Shown here: positions 8,748 to 19,329 of the stretch, in pieces | Layout of the letters: each line of letters starts with the position of its first letter | How positions within the stretch are numbered: position 1 is the first letter of the stretch | Origin: an uncultured Clostridia bacterium | GTDB lineage: Bacteria > Bacillota > Clostridia > TANB77 > CAG-508 | Direction: 5' to 3' | Length of the DNA stretch: 64,000 nt | NCBI GenBank assembly: GCA_904378095.1 | Contig: CAJFHE010000001.1 | Span: forward strand, 12,018 to 76,017 | Translations under genes and position numbers: made by a program | Notes under the pieces: model-generated | Database searches by the model: none | Told to the model about the DNA's origin: nothing | The model's input: the letters and a program-made list of their open reading frames with translations, nothing else

Positions 8748-9740
8748 TTATTCACTTAAAGTTACGCTATTTCCGTTGCTTTGAACATCGTTAATATCCG
8801 TATTTTCTGTAGCATCAACTATTTGATTTTTCTTTGCTCTAGGTTTATCTTTTTTAAACATTTCTGCTGCTGCACCTAAGCTAGATAAAGCACTTGTTGC
8901 TTCAAATGGGATAAATACTTTGTTTGCATCTCCATTTGCTACTTCTTTTAATGCTTCTAATGATTTTAATTGAACCAATTTATCATCTGGTTTCGCTTTC
9001 ATAATTGCATCATATACCATATGTACTTCTTCTGCTTTAGCTTCTGCTACTTTCTTTATAGCTTCTGCTTCACCGGCAGCTCTTCTAATTCTAGATTCTC
9101 TATCAGCCTCTGCCTCAAGTATAGCAGCTTCTTTTTTACCTTCGGCAAGTGTGATTGCAGATTGTCTTTCACCTTCTGCTTGAAGGATTAAAGCTCTTTT
9201 ATTTCTTTCTGCATTCATTTGTTTTTCCATTGCATCACGTATATCTGGTGGTGGTGTGATATCTTTAATTTCAACTCTGTCTATTTTGCAACCCCATTGG
9301 TCTGTAGCTTCATCAAGTAATACTCTTAATTTGTCATTAATTGCATCACGAGAGCTAAATGTTGAATCTAAATCCATCTTACCAACAATATCACGAATTG
9401 TAGTAATTGCTAAGTATTCAATACCTTTCTTTAAATTTTGAATTTCGTATACAGCTTTTGCTGGGTCTGTTACTTTGTAGAACACAACTGTGTCTATTGT
9501 AATAGTAACATTGTCTTTTGTAATTACACCTTGTGGTGGAATGTCCATTGTTTGTTGCTTTAAGCTTACAACGCTACGAACGTGGTCAAAAAATGGAACG
9601 ATTATTGTAAGACCTGCGTCAGCTATTTTATAAAATTTACCAAGTCTTTCTATAATGTACACTTCAGATTGTCTTACAACTCTGATTGTTTTAAATGCGA
9701 TAATTAGTATAATAACTAGTAATACGATTAAAACCCACAT
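8748..9740 (-). CDS. SPFH/band-7 (stomatin/paraslipin-like) membrane protein
   Basis: N-terminal TM segment, SPFH core and A/E-rich coiled coil. Sits downstream of the nfeD-like gene, as is typical. Confidence 0.85.
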   Translation of the reverse strand: MWVLIVLLVIILIIAFKTIRVVRQSEVYIIERLGKFYKIADAGLTIIVPFFDHVRSVVSLKQQTMDIPPQGVITKDNVTITIDTVVFYKVTDPAKAVYEIQNLKKGIEYLAITTIRDIVGKMDLDSTFSSRDAINDKLRVLLDEATDQWGCKIDRVEIKDITPPPDIRDAMEKQMNAERNKRALILQAEGERQSAITLAEGKKEAAILEAEADRESRIRRAAGEAEAIKKVAEAKAEEVHMVYDAIMKAKPDDKLVQLKSLEALKEVANGDANKVFIPFEATSALSSLGAAAEMFKKDKPRAKKNQIVDATENTDINDVQSNGNSVTLSE

Positions 9741-9833
9741 AAAATATCCTCCTAATATTTAAAATATATAATAAAAATTAAAATCTTATTTCAGTAAAAT
9801 CTAATTGCTCTGAGTAATTAGATTATTTAGTTT

Positions 9834-10283
9834 TTATGCAGTAACTTTAGAGTCTGCACTGATTTTTCTTACTACTGCCTTAACGCCATCGATTTCTACA
9901 ATTTCAACCTCTGTTTCTTTTGATATAACTTCATCTGTATTGGACTTGGCTGACCAAACTTCGCCATCTACCTTGATTTGTCCATCACCTTCAACATTGT
10001 TGATTTCTTTAACAACGATAGCTTTTTTGCCAATTATTGAATATGCATTTGTTACAGTTTCTTTTGGAACTTTTATAAATTTATTTACAAGTGGTCTTGT
10101 AAATATCAAAAGTAAAGTTGAAGTTACAACAAAAACTATTACTTGTATCAAAATGCTATCAGTTATAAAGCTTGTAACCATTGCAAGTAAAGCGCCTATA
10201 CCAAGCCAAAAAACTAAAAATCCTATAGTTGCCATTTCAATTATGAAAAATACTCCAGCAGCTATTAACCAAAACACCCACAT
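9834..10283 (-). CDS. NfeD-family membrane protein
   Basis: 149 aa with three N-terminal TM segments and a C-terminal OB-like domain (GDGQIKVDGEVWSAKS). Paired with the SPFH gene. Confidence 0.8.
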   Translation of the reverse strand: MWVFWLIAAGVFFIIEMATIGFLVFWLGIGALLAMVTSFITDSILIQVIVFVVTSTLLLIFTRPLVNKFIKVPKETVTNAYSIIGKKAIVVKEINNVEGDGQIKVDGEVWSAKSNTDEVISKETEVEIVEIDGVKAVVRKISADSKVTA

Positions 10284-10563
10284 AACAACCTCTCTTTTCT
10301 GACTAAATGTCTTTTAAATTATATTAGGCTGATTGCTTATTCATGTATATTGAAGTAAATTTTTTTACTTAGATTAGCTCAAAGCCTAACAATAATATTA
10401 TACTATAAATTATATAAAAAGAAAATAGAAATATGAAAAATAATCGCAAAATTTAGAAGTTTTTGCGATTTGAGCAGAAGAGACGCTCCTTCTCAAAAAT
10501 TTTTTGTAGAAAAAAACATTGTTTTGTGGTATAGTAATGTCAGTAATAATTCAAGGAGGGGCT

Positions 10564-12615
10564 ATGGTAGATTTAAAACAAAATGTTCAATATGTAAAAG
10601 GTGTTGGGCCAAATAATGTGGTACTTTTGCAAAAGCTTGGAATAAATACATTAGAGGATTTAATTACTTTTTTTCCAAGAAATTATGAAGATAGGGGAAA
10701 ACCTAAAAAAATATGTGAATTAGTAGATGGAGAAGAAGCGTTAATAGATGTAGTTTGTGCAAGCCAGATGAATGAAACTAGATTTGCAAGAAACAAGGCC
10801 GTCCTAAAAATGCTTGTTAGAGATGATACTGGAGATTGCGTGCTTACATGGTTTAACCAAACTTATTTGAAAAATAAATTTAAAGTTGGAGAAAGATATC
10901 AGTTCTACGGAAAAGTTAGTGTTAAATATGGAAGAATAGAGATGGCAAGACCAGTTTTCGACAAGGAAGGGCTTAACAAAAATACTGGCAAAATCATACC
11001 TATTTATCCTCTTACATACAAATTGTCACAAAATAAAATAAGAAGTATTATCGAAAATGGATTAAAATTAACATTGGGAAAGCTCGAAGAAACAATACCA
11101 GAATATATATTAAAATCATATAATTTGGATGATATTAACACAGCAACAAAACAGATACATTTTCCTACTAATTTTGAGGAATATAGCAAAGCCAGAAGAA
11201 GATTTGTTTTTGAGGAATTACTTACTGTTCAACTTGCACTTTCTAGTTTGAAATCTAGATATGACAAAGAAACGGATGGTATAGAATTTAGCAAAGACGT
11301 AAAAATGTCAGATGTAATAAATTCACTTCCATTTAAATTAACTAAGGCACAGCTTAGAGTTTTAGAAGAGATTGACAATGACATGGAAAGCAATAAGCCA
11401 ATGAATAGGCTATTGCAAGGAGATGTAGGCTCTGGAAAAACTATAGTATCTATAATAGCAGCATATAAAGCTGCAAAATGTGGATATCAGTCTGCAATAA
11501 TGGCTCCAACTGCTATTTTAGCAGAGCAGCATATGCAAGAGTTTACAAAGATATTAGAGCCATTTGGAATTAAATGTGAGCTTTTACTTGGAGGAATGAG
11601 AGCTAAAAAAAGGAGTGAAGTATTAGAAGGATTAAAAAATGGAGAGATTGATGTATTAATTGGAACACATGCACTGCTTGTAGAAGACGTAGAATTTAAA
11701 AATTTAGGTTTAGTTGTAACAGATGAGCAACACCGTTTTGGAGTAAGACAGAGAGCAAATATTGTATCAAAAGGTACTAACCCAGATGTGTTGGTTATGA
11801 CAGCAACTCCAATCCCAAGAACATTAGCCCTTATTCTATATGGAGACCTAGATATATCTATCATTGACGAGCTACCACCAAATAGAAAGAAAATCGAAAC
11901 ATATCCTGTAACTAAAAACTATGAAAGACGAATAGAAGAGTTTATCCGCTCAAATGTAGCACAAGGAAGACAAGCATACATTGTATGTCCATTAGTAGAA
12001 GAAAGTGAAGAATTCGACAATTTTACATCTGCTGTAGAGCTTGCAGAGAAGTATCAAAAAGTAATCTTCCCTGAATTTAAAGTCACATGCTTGCATGGCA
12101 AGATGAAACAAAAAGAAAAAGATGAAATAATGGAAAAATTCAAAAATGGAGAAATACAAATACTAGTATCCACTACAGTAATAGAAGTTGGTGTGAATGT
12201 ACCAAATGCAAACATTATGGTAGTTCAAAATGCTGAGCACTTTGGGTTAGCACAACTCCACCAATTACGTGGAAGAGTTGGAAGAGGAGAATATCAGTCA
12301 TACTGTATCTTAATTTATGAAGGAAATGCTAAAACTACAAGAGAGCGAATGAAAATAATGAAAGAAACAGACAATGGGTTTATTGTAGCAGAGAAAGACT
12401 TAGAGCTTAGAGGCTCAGGAGAATTCTTTGGAACAAGGCAGCATGGGCTTCCAGAATTTAAAATCGCGAATTTATTTGAAGATGTTTCAATATTAAAAGA
12501 AGTGCAAGCACTAACAGCAAAGATAGAAGAAAAAGACCCAAAACTTGAAAGTGAAGAAAATAGAAGACTGCATAAATTGGTGGAAGAAAAATTTGCGGAT
12601 AGAATTAGTATCTAG
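10564..12615 (+). CDS. recG: ATP-dependent DNA helicase RecG
   Basis: Helicase motifs [23 protein letters not shown] and QLRGRVGRG. The ATG at 10564 follows AGGAGGGG. Confidence 0.9.
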   Translation: MVDLKQNVQYVKGVGPNNVVLLQKLGINTLEDLITFFPRNYEDRGKPKKICELVDGEEALIDVVCASQMNETRFARNKAVLKMLVRDDTGDCVLTWFNQTYLKNKFKVGERYQFYGKVSVKYGRIEMARPVFDKEGLNKNTGKIIPIYPLTYKLSQNKIRSIIENGLKLTLGKLEETIPEYILKSYNLDDINTATKQIHFPTNFEEYSKARRRFVFEELLTVQLALSSLKSRYDKETDGIEFSKDVKMSDVINSLPFKLTKAQLRVLEEIDNDMESNKPMNRLLQGDVGSGKTIVSIIAAYKAAKCGYQSAIMAPTAILAEQHMQEFTKILEPFGIKCELLLGGMRAKKRSEVLEGLKNGEIDVLIGTHALLVEDVEFKNLGLVVTDEQHRFGVRQRANIVSKGTNPDVLVMTATPIPRTLALILYGDLDISIIDELPPNRKKIETYPVTKNYERRIEEFIRSNVAQGRQAYIVCPLVEESEEFDNFTSAVELAEKYQKVIFPEFKVTCLHGKMKQKEKDEIMEKFKNGEIQILVSTTVIEVGVNVPNANIMVVQNAEHFGLAQLHQLRGRVGRGEYQSYCILIYEGNAKTTRERMKIMKETDNGFIVAEKDLELRGSGEFFGTRQHGLPEFKIANLFEDVSILKEVQALTAKIEEKDPKLESEENRRLHKLVEEKFADRISI

Positions 12616-12713
12616 TTCGGAAGAAAAGATTGACAAAGCGAAAAAAAGAGAGTAAAGTATAGGCAGAATTACGTTCATATATCTTATTTTTTAATTAGAA
12701 AGGAAGATGCAGT

Positions 12714-14201
12714 ATGATTCGTGTTCCAGACATCATGAAGGGGCGGACAGGCTACTTAGTCATGGTAGACAGATTCTGCCGGGTTGGAGAGGCTCTTCCT
12801 TCTATCGAGGGAAGAAAGCTCAAAGATTGGAATGATTCTGTTCCAAATTGGCAGCCAGATAAAGATGGAGTGTACAGAAATCAATACTTCTATGGGGGAA
12901 ACCTCAAAGGAGTTGCCAGCAAAATCGATTATTTCGATAAATTGGGTGTAGACCTTGTTTTCTTAAGTCCAATTTCTAGGACTACCACTTACCACCATTA
13001 TGATGTACAAGACCAGAGAATCATCGACCCGTATATCGGCGATTGGGATGATTTCTGCTCGCTTGCAAAGGCATTGCATGTAAGAAATATGTTATTAGGT
13101 GTAGACCTTGTGTTTAATCACATGGGAGCTGATAGCGAATTCTTTAAAAAAGCCTTAGCAGGTGATAAAAAGTACAGAGATTGGTTCGAGTGGGACAAAA
13201 CAGGCTTGCCGAAATGCTGGAGTGGTTTTAAGGACATGCCACAATGCAACAAATTAAATTCTTCTTACCAAGAATATTGTTGTGAAGTGGTGGAGCTCTA
13301 TGCTCGAAACGGTGCTGATGTAATAAGGCTTGACTTGGGAGAAAATTTACCAAGAGAGTTCTTGTTAAAAATCAGAGCTGTAGCAAAAAGGATTAATCCG
13401 AATGTTGTCATTGCAAGTGAAATGTGGAGGTTTGCCTTAGAAAAACCGAATCCACAGATTTATGACCAGCAAGTTGACAGCGTTATGAATTATCCTTTGA
13501 CCGATGCCATTTTAAGATGGATAAGATATGGAAATTATCTACATTTTAACGCGTGTATGCTAAATCTTGCTAAGTACCCACTCCAAGTAAATGATGTGCT
13601 TTTGAATTATCTTAGCACACATGATACTCATCGTGAGAGGACTATGCTTGCAGGTGAAGGCATGATAGAGGACCCGTTTTCTGGATTTATATGGGATATT
13701 GATAACAATTGGAGAGGAGTCAATCCTTTTCCTACATATGAGCTTAGAAAATGGGAATATGAGCATGATAGCATCCTAAAGCAAAATGTGAGCAAAGTTC
13801 ATAAGCTTGCTGCTTTGATGCTATACCTAATGAAAGGGGTTCCAGTAACTTTTTATGGCTCTGAAGATGGTATGAGTGGCTATAAAGACCCATTTTGCAG
13901 AAAACCAAAACAATGGAATTCTGGAAATGAGGATATGCTTAACTTCTATATCGCTCTTGGGGCTGTAAGGAAAAATAACAGGGATGTTCTTTCAACAGGC
14001 GAAAGTTTAGTGTTCATAAACGCGAATGTGGCAGAGATTATACGCAGAAGTGAAAACGGAATTGTTGTTGCGTTCTTAAACAGGAGTGAAACACCGCAGG
14101 AGCTCAATGCTTTCTATCCAGGAAGCAAAGAGATTTTCTCTTTGGAAGGCAGTACACCAAAGATTCTTGCTCCATACGGAGCATATGTTTGTCGATTTTG
14201 A
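12714..14201 (+). CDS. glycoside hydrolase family 13 (alpha-amylase superfamily)
   Basis: GH13 conserved regions DLVFNH, VIRLDLG, EMW and LSTHDT. G+C is visibly higher than in the neighbours. Confidence 0.8.
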   Translation: MIRVPDIMKGRTGYLVMVDRFCRVGEALPSIEGRKLKDWNDSVPNWQPDKDGVYRNQYFYGGNLKGVASKIDYFDKLGVDLVFLSPISRTTTYHHYDVQDQRIIDPYIGDWDDFCSLAKALHVRNMLLGVDLVFNHMGADSEFFKKALAGDKKYRDWFEWDKTGLPKCWSGFKDMPQCNKLNSSYQEYCCEVVELYARNGADVIRLDLGENLPREFLLKIRAVAKRINPNVVIASEMWRFALEKPNPQIYDQQVDSVMNYPLTDAILRWIRYGNYLHFNACMLNLAKYPLQVNDVLLNYLSTHDTHRERTMLAGEGMIEDPFSGFIWDIDNNWRGVNPFPTYELRKWEYEHDSILKQNVSKVHKLAALMLYLMKGVPVTFYGSEDGMSGYKDPFCRKPKQWNSGNEDMLNFYIALGAVRKNNRDVLSTGESLVFINANVAEIIRRSENGIVVAFLNRSETPQELNAFYPGSKEIFSLEGSTPKILAPYGAYVCRF

Positions 14202-14214
14202 AGCACGAACTGAA

Positions 14215-14240
14215 AGCAGGAGCTATTTGCTCCTGTTTTT
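14215..14240 (+). terminator. intrinsic terminator after the GH13 gene
   Basis: AGCAGGAGC/GCTCCTGTT stem plus a T-run. Confidence 0.65.
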
Positions 14241-14402
14241 AGTCTATATGCAATTCTTAAGAATCATTGTTTTAAAAACTAAGGTAGTGAATTATAACAA
14301 GTATGATTTAGAAAATTCCCTCAAAACTATTGACATTTACATAAAAAAACAATATTATATATATGAAATTTTGTAGAATTTTGTAGAATAGGAGAGAAAT
14401 AC

Positions 14403-15272
14403 ATGTATACTAAAATGCTAACCTCAAAAATGGGTGGAGAATTAGTTAGTTTCAAGCTAGATGGCGAAGAAAGAGTACACCAAGGATTAGATTGTGTAGA
14501 CGAAAATGGTAAAGTATATTGGAAAAGACATTGGCCAGTACTTTTCCCAGTAGTAGGTAAGCTAAAGAAAAATCAAACAATAATAAATAGTAGAATATAT
14601 GAAATGCCACAACATGGATTTGCAAGAGATTTTGAATTTGAACCAATAACAAAATTGGACAATTTTCATTCCTATGTATTAAGAAGCAATAATATAACAA
14701 AAAATAGATATCCATATGACTTTGAATTATATACAACTTATAGATTAGACGAAAACAAATTAACAACTATCTATAAAGTAATAAACACAGGCGATGTTAC
14801 TTTACCATTTGGCATAGGTGGACATCCTGCTTTTAAAATAGATTTAGAAGAATTAAAAAAAGGCAATTATTATTTAGAGTTTGAAGAGGACGAAGACAAA
14901 ATACATTTCCTATATTTAGTAGATGGACTAGTTGGTACAGAGTATGCTAGAAATACGATGATAGACAAGAGAAGAATTGCTATAGGGCCAGACACTTTTA
15001 ACAATGACGCATTAATAATGAAAGGCATAACATCACATAAAATAAGTTTGAAAAACAAAGCAACAGGAAAAACTTTATTAACTTTAGACTTCACAGGATT
15101 TCCTTATTTAGGAGTTTGGTCAAAACCAAATGCACCATTTATATGTATAGAGCCATGGTACTCAACAGCTGACACAATAAAAAGTACAGGTGTATTCATT
15201 CAAAAACAAGATATAATTTCTCTAAAACCAAAGGAAACTTTTGAATGTAAATATACAGTTGAATTTTTTTAA
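14403..15272 (+). CDS. aldose 1-epimerase-family (LacX-like) protein
   Basis: 289 aa with a mutarotase-like pattern (QHGFARD, GGHPAF, EPW). TTGACA-17-TATTAT promoter upstream. Confidence 0.7.
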   Translation: MYTKMLTSKMGGELVSFKLDGEERVHQGLDCVDENGKVYWKRHWPVLFPVVGKLKKNQTIINSRIYEMPQHGFARDFEFEPITKLDNFHSYVLRSNNITKNRYPYDFELYTTYRLDENKLTTIYKVINTGDVTLPFGIGGHPAFKIDLEELKKGNYYLEFEEDEDKIHFLYLVDGLVGTEYARNTMIDKRRIAIGPDTFNNDALIMKGITSHKISLKNKATGKTLLTLDFTGFPYLGVWSKPNAPFICIEPWYSTADTIKSTGVFIQKQDIISLKPKETFECKYTVEFF

Positions 15273-15297
15273 TAAAGTGAATGATTAATAACCAAAA

Positions 15298-15345
15298 TTT
15301 AGATTTTATATCTAAGCCAAGACAAGAATAGATATAAAATCTAAA
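15298..15345. terminator. 17-bp perfect-stem hairpin (bidirectional terminator)
   Basis: TTTAGATTTTATATCTA / TAGATATAAAATCTAAA. Confidence 0.65.
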
Positions 15346-15364
15346 AAAATAAGGGATGGTGTGA

Positions 15365-15547
15365 ATGGAAACATTTATTAATTTAATAGCATTAATAATG
15401 TGCTTAGCCGGGGTGGTTATGGTATATGATGCACGAATAATTACAAAAAGATTATTTGGTTTTGGAGACCAAAACCAAGCAACCTGGGGGTTAAAAATAC
15501 TAGGATTTATAGTTGCAATAATAGGAGCACTAATAATATATTTTTAG
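15365..15547 (+). CDS. small two-TM membrane protein, function unknown
   Basis: 60-aa ORF with an RBS-like GGGATGGTG and two hydrophobic helices. Confidence 0.4.
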   Translation: METFINLIALIMCLAGVVMVYDARIITKRLFGFGDQNQATWGLKILGFIVAIIGALIIYF

Positions 15548-15608
15548 AATAAAAAATGGGCAAAAGAAACTAAAACTTTTACCCGTTTTTTGTTTATGGA
15601 AAACGCCA

Positions 15609-16706
15609 TCAAGCTAAATTATTTTGCTGCTCAATTATTTTTTCTACAATTTGTATTGCATTACTTGCAGCACCTTTACGAATGTTATCTGCAACTATCC
15701 AAAGATTTACGCCTGACTCAACACTATAATCTCTACGTATTCTTCCAACGAAAACTTCATCATGTCCGGAGGCGTTTATGGCAAGAGGGTAAACAGGCTT
15801 ATCTAATTTGCTTTGTTCTGGCTCAGTAATTTTGTTCTCTAAAGTTTTTGCACTATCGTGCTTTATGGCATTTGAAACAATGTTATCTTGCACAATTAGC
15901 CCTGGAAAGTCTGACAATGTCTTTACCAAATCTTCCATTTTAAAAGGCTGTTCAAATTCAACATTGATTGATTCACTATGTGAATTAAAAACAGGAACAC
16001 GCACTGTTGTTGCCGTTATTTTTAGCTCAGGTCTTTTTAATATTTTTCTAGTTTCGTTAATCATTTTTTCTTCTTCTTTTGTATAGCCATTATCTAAAAA
16101 CACATCAATATGTGGCAAGCAGTTAGAAAAGATAGGGTAGTCAAATTTTTGTAATTCATAAGCATTATCTATCACATAGTTTTTTATTCCATTCTCCAAA
16201 TCCTCTACACCATATCTTCCAGCACCTGAAACCGCTTGATATGTAGAATACACAATTCTTTTTATTCTGTATTTATCATCCAAAGGTTTTAATACTACTA
16301 CTGCTTGAATTGTGGAGCAATTTGGGTTTGCAATTATTCCATGATTATTCTGTATTTCTTCTGGATTGACTTCGGGTACAACTAATGGTACATCTGGCTC
16401 CATTCTAAATGCACTACTATTATCTACAACAATGCAGCCTTTTGATGCTGCTATTGGAGCATATTTCTTTGAGGTTGAGCCTCCTGCAGAAAAAATAGCA
16501 AAATCAAAACCGCTATCAAATGAATCTTCTTTTAACTCTTGTACTATGTAATCTGTACCCATAAATTTAACTTTTTTGCCAGCAGATTTAGAAGAGGCAA
16601 ATAGCACATATTCCGAAATTGGCAAATTTTTTTCCTCAAGCACTTTTAAAACAGTTCTACCAACTAATCCTGTAGCACCAACTATGGCTAATCTGATTTT
16701 TTTCAC
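15609..16706 (-). CDS. asd: aspartate-semialdehyde dehydrogenase
   Basis: IVGATGLVG NAD motif, NPNCSTI active-site Cys region, Asd-like length. Confidence 0.9.
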   Translation of the reverse strand: MKKIRLAIVGATGLVGRTVLKVLEEKNLPISEYVLFASSKSAGKKVKFMGTDYIVQELKEDSFDSGFDFAIFSAGGSTSKKYAPIAASKGCIVVDNSSAFRMEPDVPLVVPEVNPEEIQNNHGIIANPNCSTIQAVVVLKPLDDKYRIKRIVYSTYQAVSGAGRYGVEDLENGIKNYVIDNAYELQKFDYPIFSNCLPHIDVFLDNGYTKEEEKMINETRKILKRPELKITATTVRVPVFNSHSESINVEFEQPFKMEDLVKTLSDFPGLIVQDNIVSNAIKHDSAKTLENKITEPEQSKLDKPVYPLAINASGHDEVFVGRIRRDYSVESGVNLWIVADNIRKGAASNAIQIVEKIIEQQNNLA

Positions 16707-16840
16707 AACAAATTCATTCCTTTCGATTTCTTTTTACAAGTAATGTTTATTAGACAATACTTTAAAAGAAATTCTTTTAAAGTATAATATGCAGTTATAA
16801 AAAAATAGTGAAATTTGATGTGTAGATACTACTAAATAGA

Positions 16841-16880
16841 GAAAACCCTATTATTAAACTAATTTTATTTAATAATAGGG
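16841..16880 (-). terminator. intrinsic terminator after DUF4143 ATPase 2
   Basis: CCCTATTATT/AATAATAGGG stem plus a T-run on the minus strand. Confidence 0.6.
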
Positions 16881-16910
16881 ATATACGTTAAAACTCTATT
16901 CCTAAAAAAA

Positions 16911-18248
16911 CTAATTTCTTTCTTTCAAAAATCTTTTTAAAAGAAAAGTTAAGAAATAAGGAAATGTATAAAATTTACCATTATAACCTATATTTTTATA
17001 TCCAAATTTTATACCATATTTTATATCTTTATAATTTTGACTATCTATAAGATTATTTAAAGAAATAGTTGTTCCATCTGTAGCTTTTACTTCAACAGGA
17101 ATTAAGGAATCTTTGTCACGAACAAAAAAATCCATTTCAATAGTTCCTTTTTCATTCTTATAAAAATATAGCGAGTACCCTTGCTTTACAAGCATATCAG
17201 CAACAATATTCTCATAAATTGCTCCCTTGTATGTGTTAAAGTTTTTATTATTTCGTAAGTCTTCCTGGGCTTCTTCATCCAAAGAGCCAATTAGAAGACC
17301 AGTATCTCTAAAATAAATTCTATAATTATCTGGATTATAATTTCCTCTTAGAGGAAGCTGTGGCTGCTCAAGACAATAGCAAACATTTATAATACCAGCA
17401 TTATTTAGCCAATCAATTGTTCCTACATATTCGCGGTTTCTTGCACCTTTCTCAACTTTTGAAATTTGAAATTTTTTATTTTTGTTACCTAAAAAAACAG
17501 GTATTTTACGATAAACATTAAGTATTTTAGCTTGGTCTAAACCGGTTGCGTACTTAGTTATATCTTCTTCGTAATCTAAAAGTATTTGTCTTTGCATTTT
17601 TAATGTCCCGCTATAATTATTATTTGTAACAAATGAATTAACTATTGCAGGCATGCCGCCTATTATCATAGACTCCTTAAAGTTGTCAAGCATAACAGAA
17701 AGCTCTGTGTTAGAAAATGGAGTTAAAGTTTTCATATGCTCATATAAATCTTCTATCTGAGCTTCTTTGTAGCCTTTAGCCCAAAGGAATTCCTCAAAAT
17801 CCATTGAATGCATTTCATAGTCTTCTTTGTTTCCAACACTATTGGATTCTATTTCATTGTAGTTAATGCCCATAAGAGAGCCAGAGCAAATAACATCATA
17901 TCTGCCATCTTGATTAAAAGATTTTAAAGATGTTGCACAATTTATACAATCCTGTAATTCATCAAAAAAAATCAAGGTATTGCCGGGTGTAAATTCGAAA
18001 TTAGGATTTCTTAAAGAGATATTTTTTATAATTGTATCAACTTCAAATCCATCATCGAAAATATCTTTGTATTGCTTCTGTAATATAAAGTTTATTTCAA
18101 TTACATTTTTGTAGTTATTTTTTGCAAAGTTTCTAATTGATTCTGTTTTTCCAATTTGACGAGCACCTTTTACTATTAATGGCTTTTTGTCTGGGCTATT
18201 TTTCCAGTCTACCAAGAATTTATCAATTTTTCTTTTTAAAAGTTCCAT
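16911..18248 (-). CDS. AAA+ ATPase with DUF4143-type C-terminal domain (paralog 2)
   Basis: GARQIGKT and LIFFDELQ motifs. The ATG at 18248 lies 7 nt after AGGTG; the GTG at 18257 is inside the RBS. Confidence 0.8.
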   Translation of the reverse strand: MELLKRKIDKFLVDWKNSPDKKPLIVKGARQIGKTESIRNFAKNNYKNVIEINFILQKQYKDIFDDGFEVDTIIKNISLRNPNFEFTPGNTLIFFDELQDCINCATSLKSFNQDGRYDVICSGSLMGINYNEIESNSVGNKEDYEMHSMDFEEFLWAKGYKEAQIEDLYEHMKTLTPFSNTELSVMLDNFKESMIIGGMPAIVNSFVTNNNYSGTLKMQRQILLDYEEDITKYATGLDQAKILNVYRKIPVFLGNKNKKFQISKVEKGARNREYVGTIDWLNNAGIINVCYCLEQPQLPLRGNYNPDNYRIYFRDTGLLIGSLDEEAQEDLRNNKNFNTYKGAIYENIVADMLVKQGYSLYFYKNEKGTIEMDFFVRDKDSLIPVEVKATDGTTISLNNLIDSQNYKDIKYGIKFGYKNIGYNGKFYTFPYFLTFLLKRFLKERN

Positions 18249-18270
18249 GATAATCACCTTCTAATAAAAT

Positions 18271-18366
18271 TATATCACAAAAATCCGACTGTATGCAACA
18301 AGAAAATCACAAAATTCCATATAGTTTAGTACTGAAAATCACAAAATTCCAATCAGCGTTTTAAAC
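18271..18366 (-). promoter_or_regulatory. three TTTTGTGAT boxes at exact 32-bp spacing upstream of DUF4143 ATPase 2
   Basis: ATCACA on the plus strand at 18274, 18306 and 18338. The proximal box forms TGTGATATAAT (extended -10). Confidence 0.6.
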
Positions 18367-18480
18367 TTGCCACAATATTTTACTATATATGAATGGAAAG
18401 GCAATTTTTATTATTTATCCAAAAAATAATTTGAAACTTTGCTAAAATGTGGTATAATATTAATATTATTGGAGGGAGAA

Positions 18481-19284
18481 ATGTATAAATTCTTTATTTC
18501 ACAAAAACAAATTGATGGAGAAACAGTTACAATAACCGGAGAAGATGTAAACCATATAGTAAATGTGCTACGACTAAAGCAACCGGACAAGATTATATTA
18601 TGCAACAAAGATGAAGGAAAAAGCTATATTTCAGAAATAATGCAAATAGAAAAATCATATATAATTTGTAAGATACTTGAAATGGTTTCTGAGACAACAG
18701 AAAGTAATGTGAATATCGATTTGTTTCAAGGTCTTCCAAAATCAGATAAGATGGAATACATTATTCAAAAGACGACAGAAATTGGAGTTAAAAATATTTA
18801 TCCAGTAAATTTTGAAAGGTGCATTGTAAAGTTAGATAGTAAATCGGAGGCAAAGAAGATTGATAGATGGCAAAAAATAGCAGAAGTTGCATCAAAACAA
18901 AGTAAAAGAGATGTTATACCTAATATAAATAATGTAATAAATATAAAAAATATTTGCCAGAATGCTAAAAAATATGATATTATATTAATAGCGTATGAAA
19001 ATGAGGAGAAGACTACATTAAAAAATGAATTACAAAAACTCAAAAATAATAAATTAAATAAAGATATCATAGAAATCAGCAGTAATGCTAATTGCAAATC
19101 TGACAGTACAGAAAAATTAAAAATAGGTATAGTAATTGGACCAGAAGGCGGTTTAAGTGAAAATGAAGTAGCAGAGTTAATGGAAGTGGGCGCAAAAAGT
19201 GTGAGTTTAGGAAAAAGAATTTTAAGAACAGAAACAGCACCATTAGTAATGATTAGTGATATTATTTATGAGTTTGATTTATAA
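18481..19284 (+). CDS. rsmE: 16S rRNA (uracil1498-N3)-methyltransferase RsmE
   Basis: MYKFFI...G..V.I.GED..HI..VLR N-terminus and GPEGGLS..E C-terminal motif. The ATG follows GGAGGGAG. Confidence 0.85.
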   Translation: MYKFFISQKQIDGETVTITGEDVNHIVNVLRLKQPDKIILCNKDEGKSYISEIMQIEKSYIICKILEMVSETTESNVNIDLFQGLPKSDKMEYIIQKTTEIGVKNIYPVNFERCIVKLDSKSEAKKIDRWQKIAEVASKQSKRDVIPNINNVINIKNICQNAKKYDIILIAYENEEKTTLKNELQKLKNNKLNKDIIEISSNANCKSDSTEKLKIGIVIGPEGGLSENEVAELMEVGAKSVSLGKRILRTETAPLVMISDIIYEFDL

Positions 19285-19329
19285 TGAGCCAGAGAGTAAA
19301 GTAAATTAATATAAAATGGGGGAATAAAG

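Noticed and set aside
14086-14376. 96-aa ORF overlapping the GH13 3' end and its terminator
   Set aside because: It is out of frame with a well-supported gene, spans the terminator hairpin and has no RBS.
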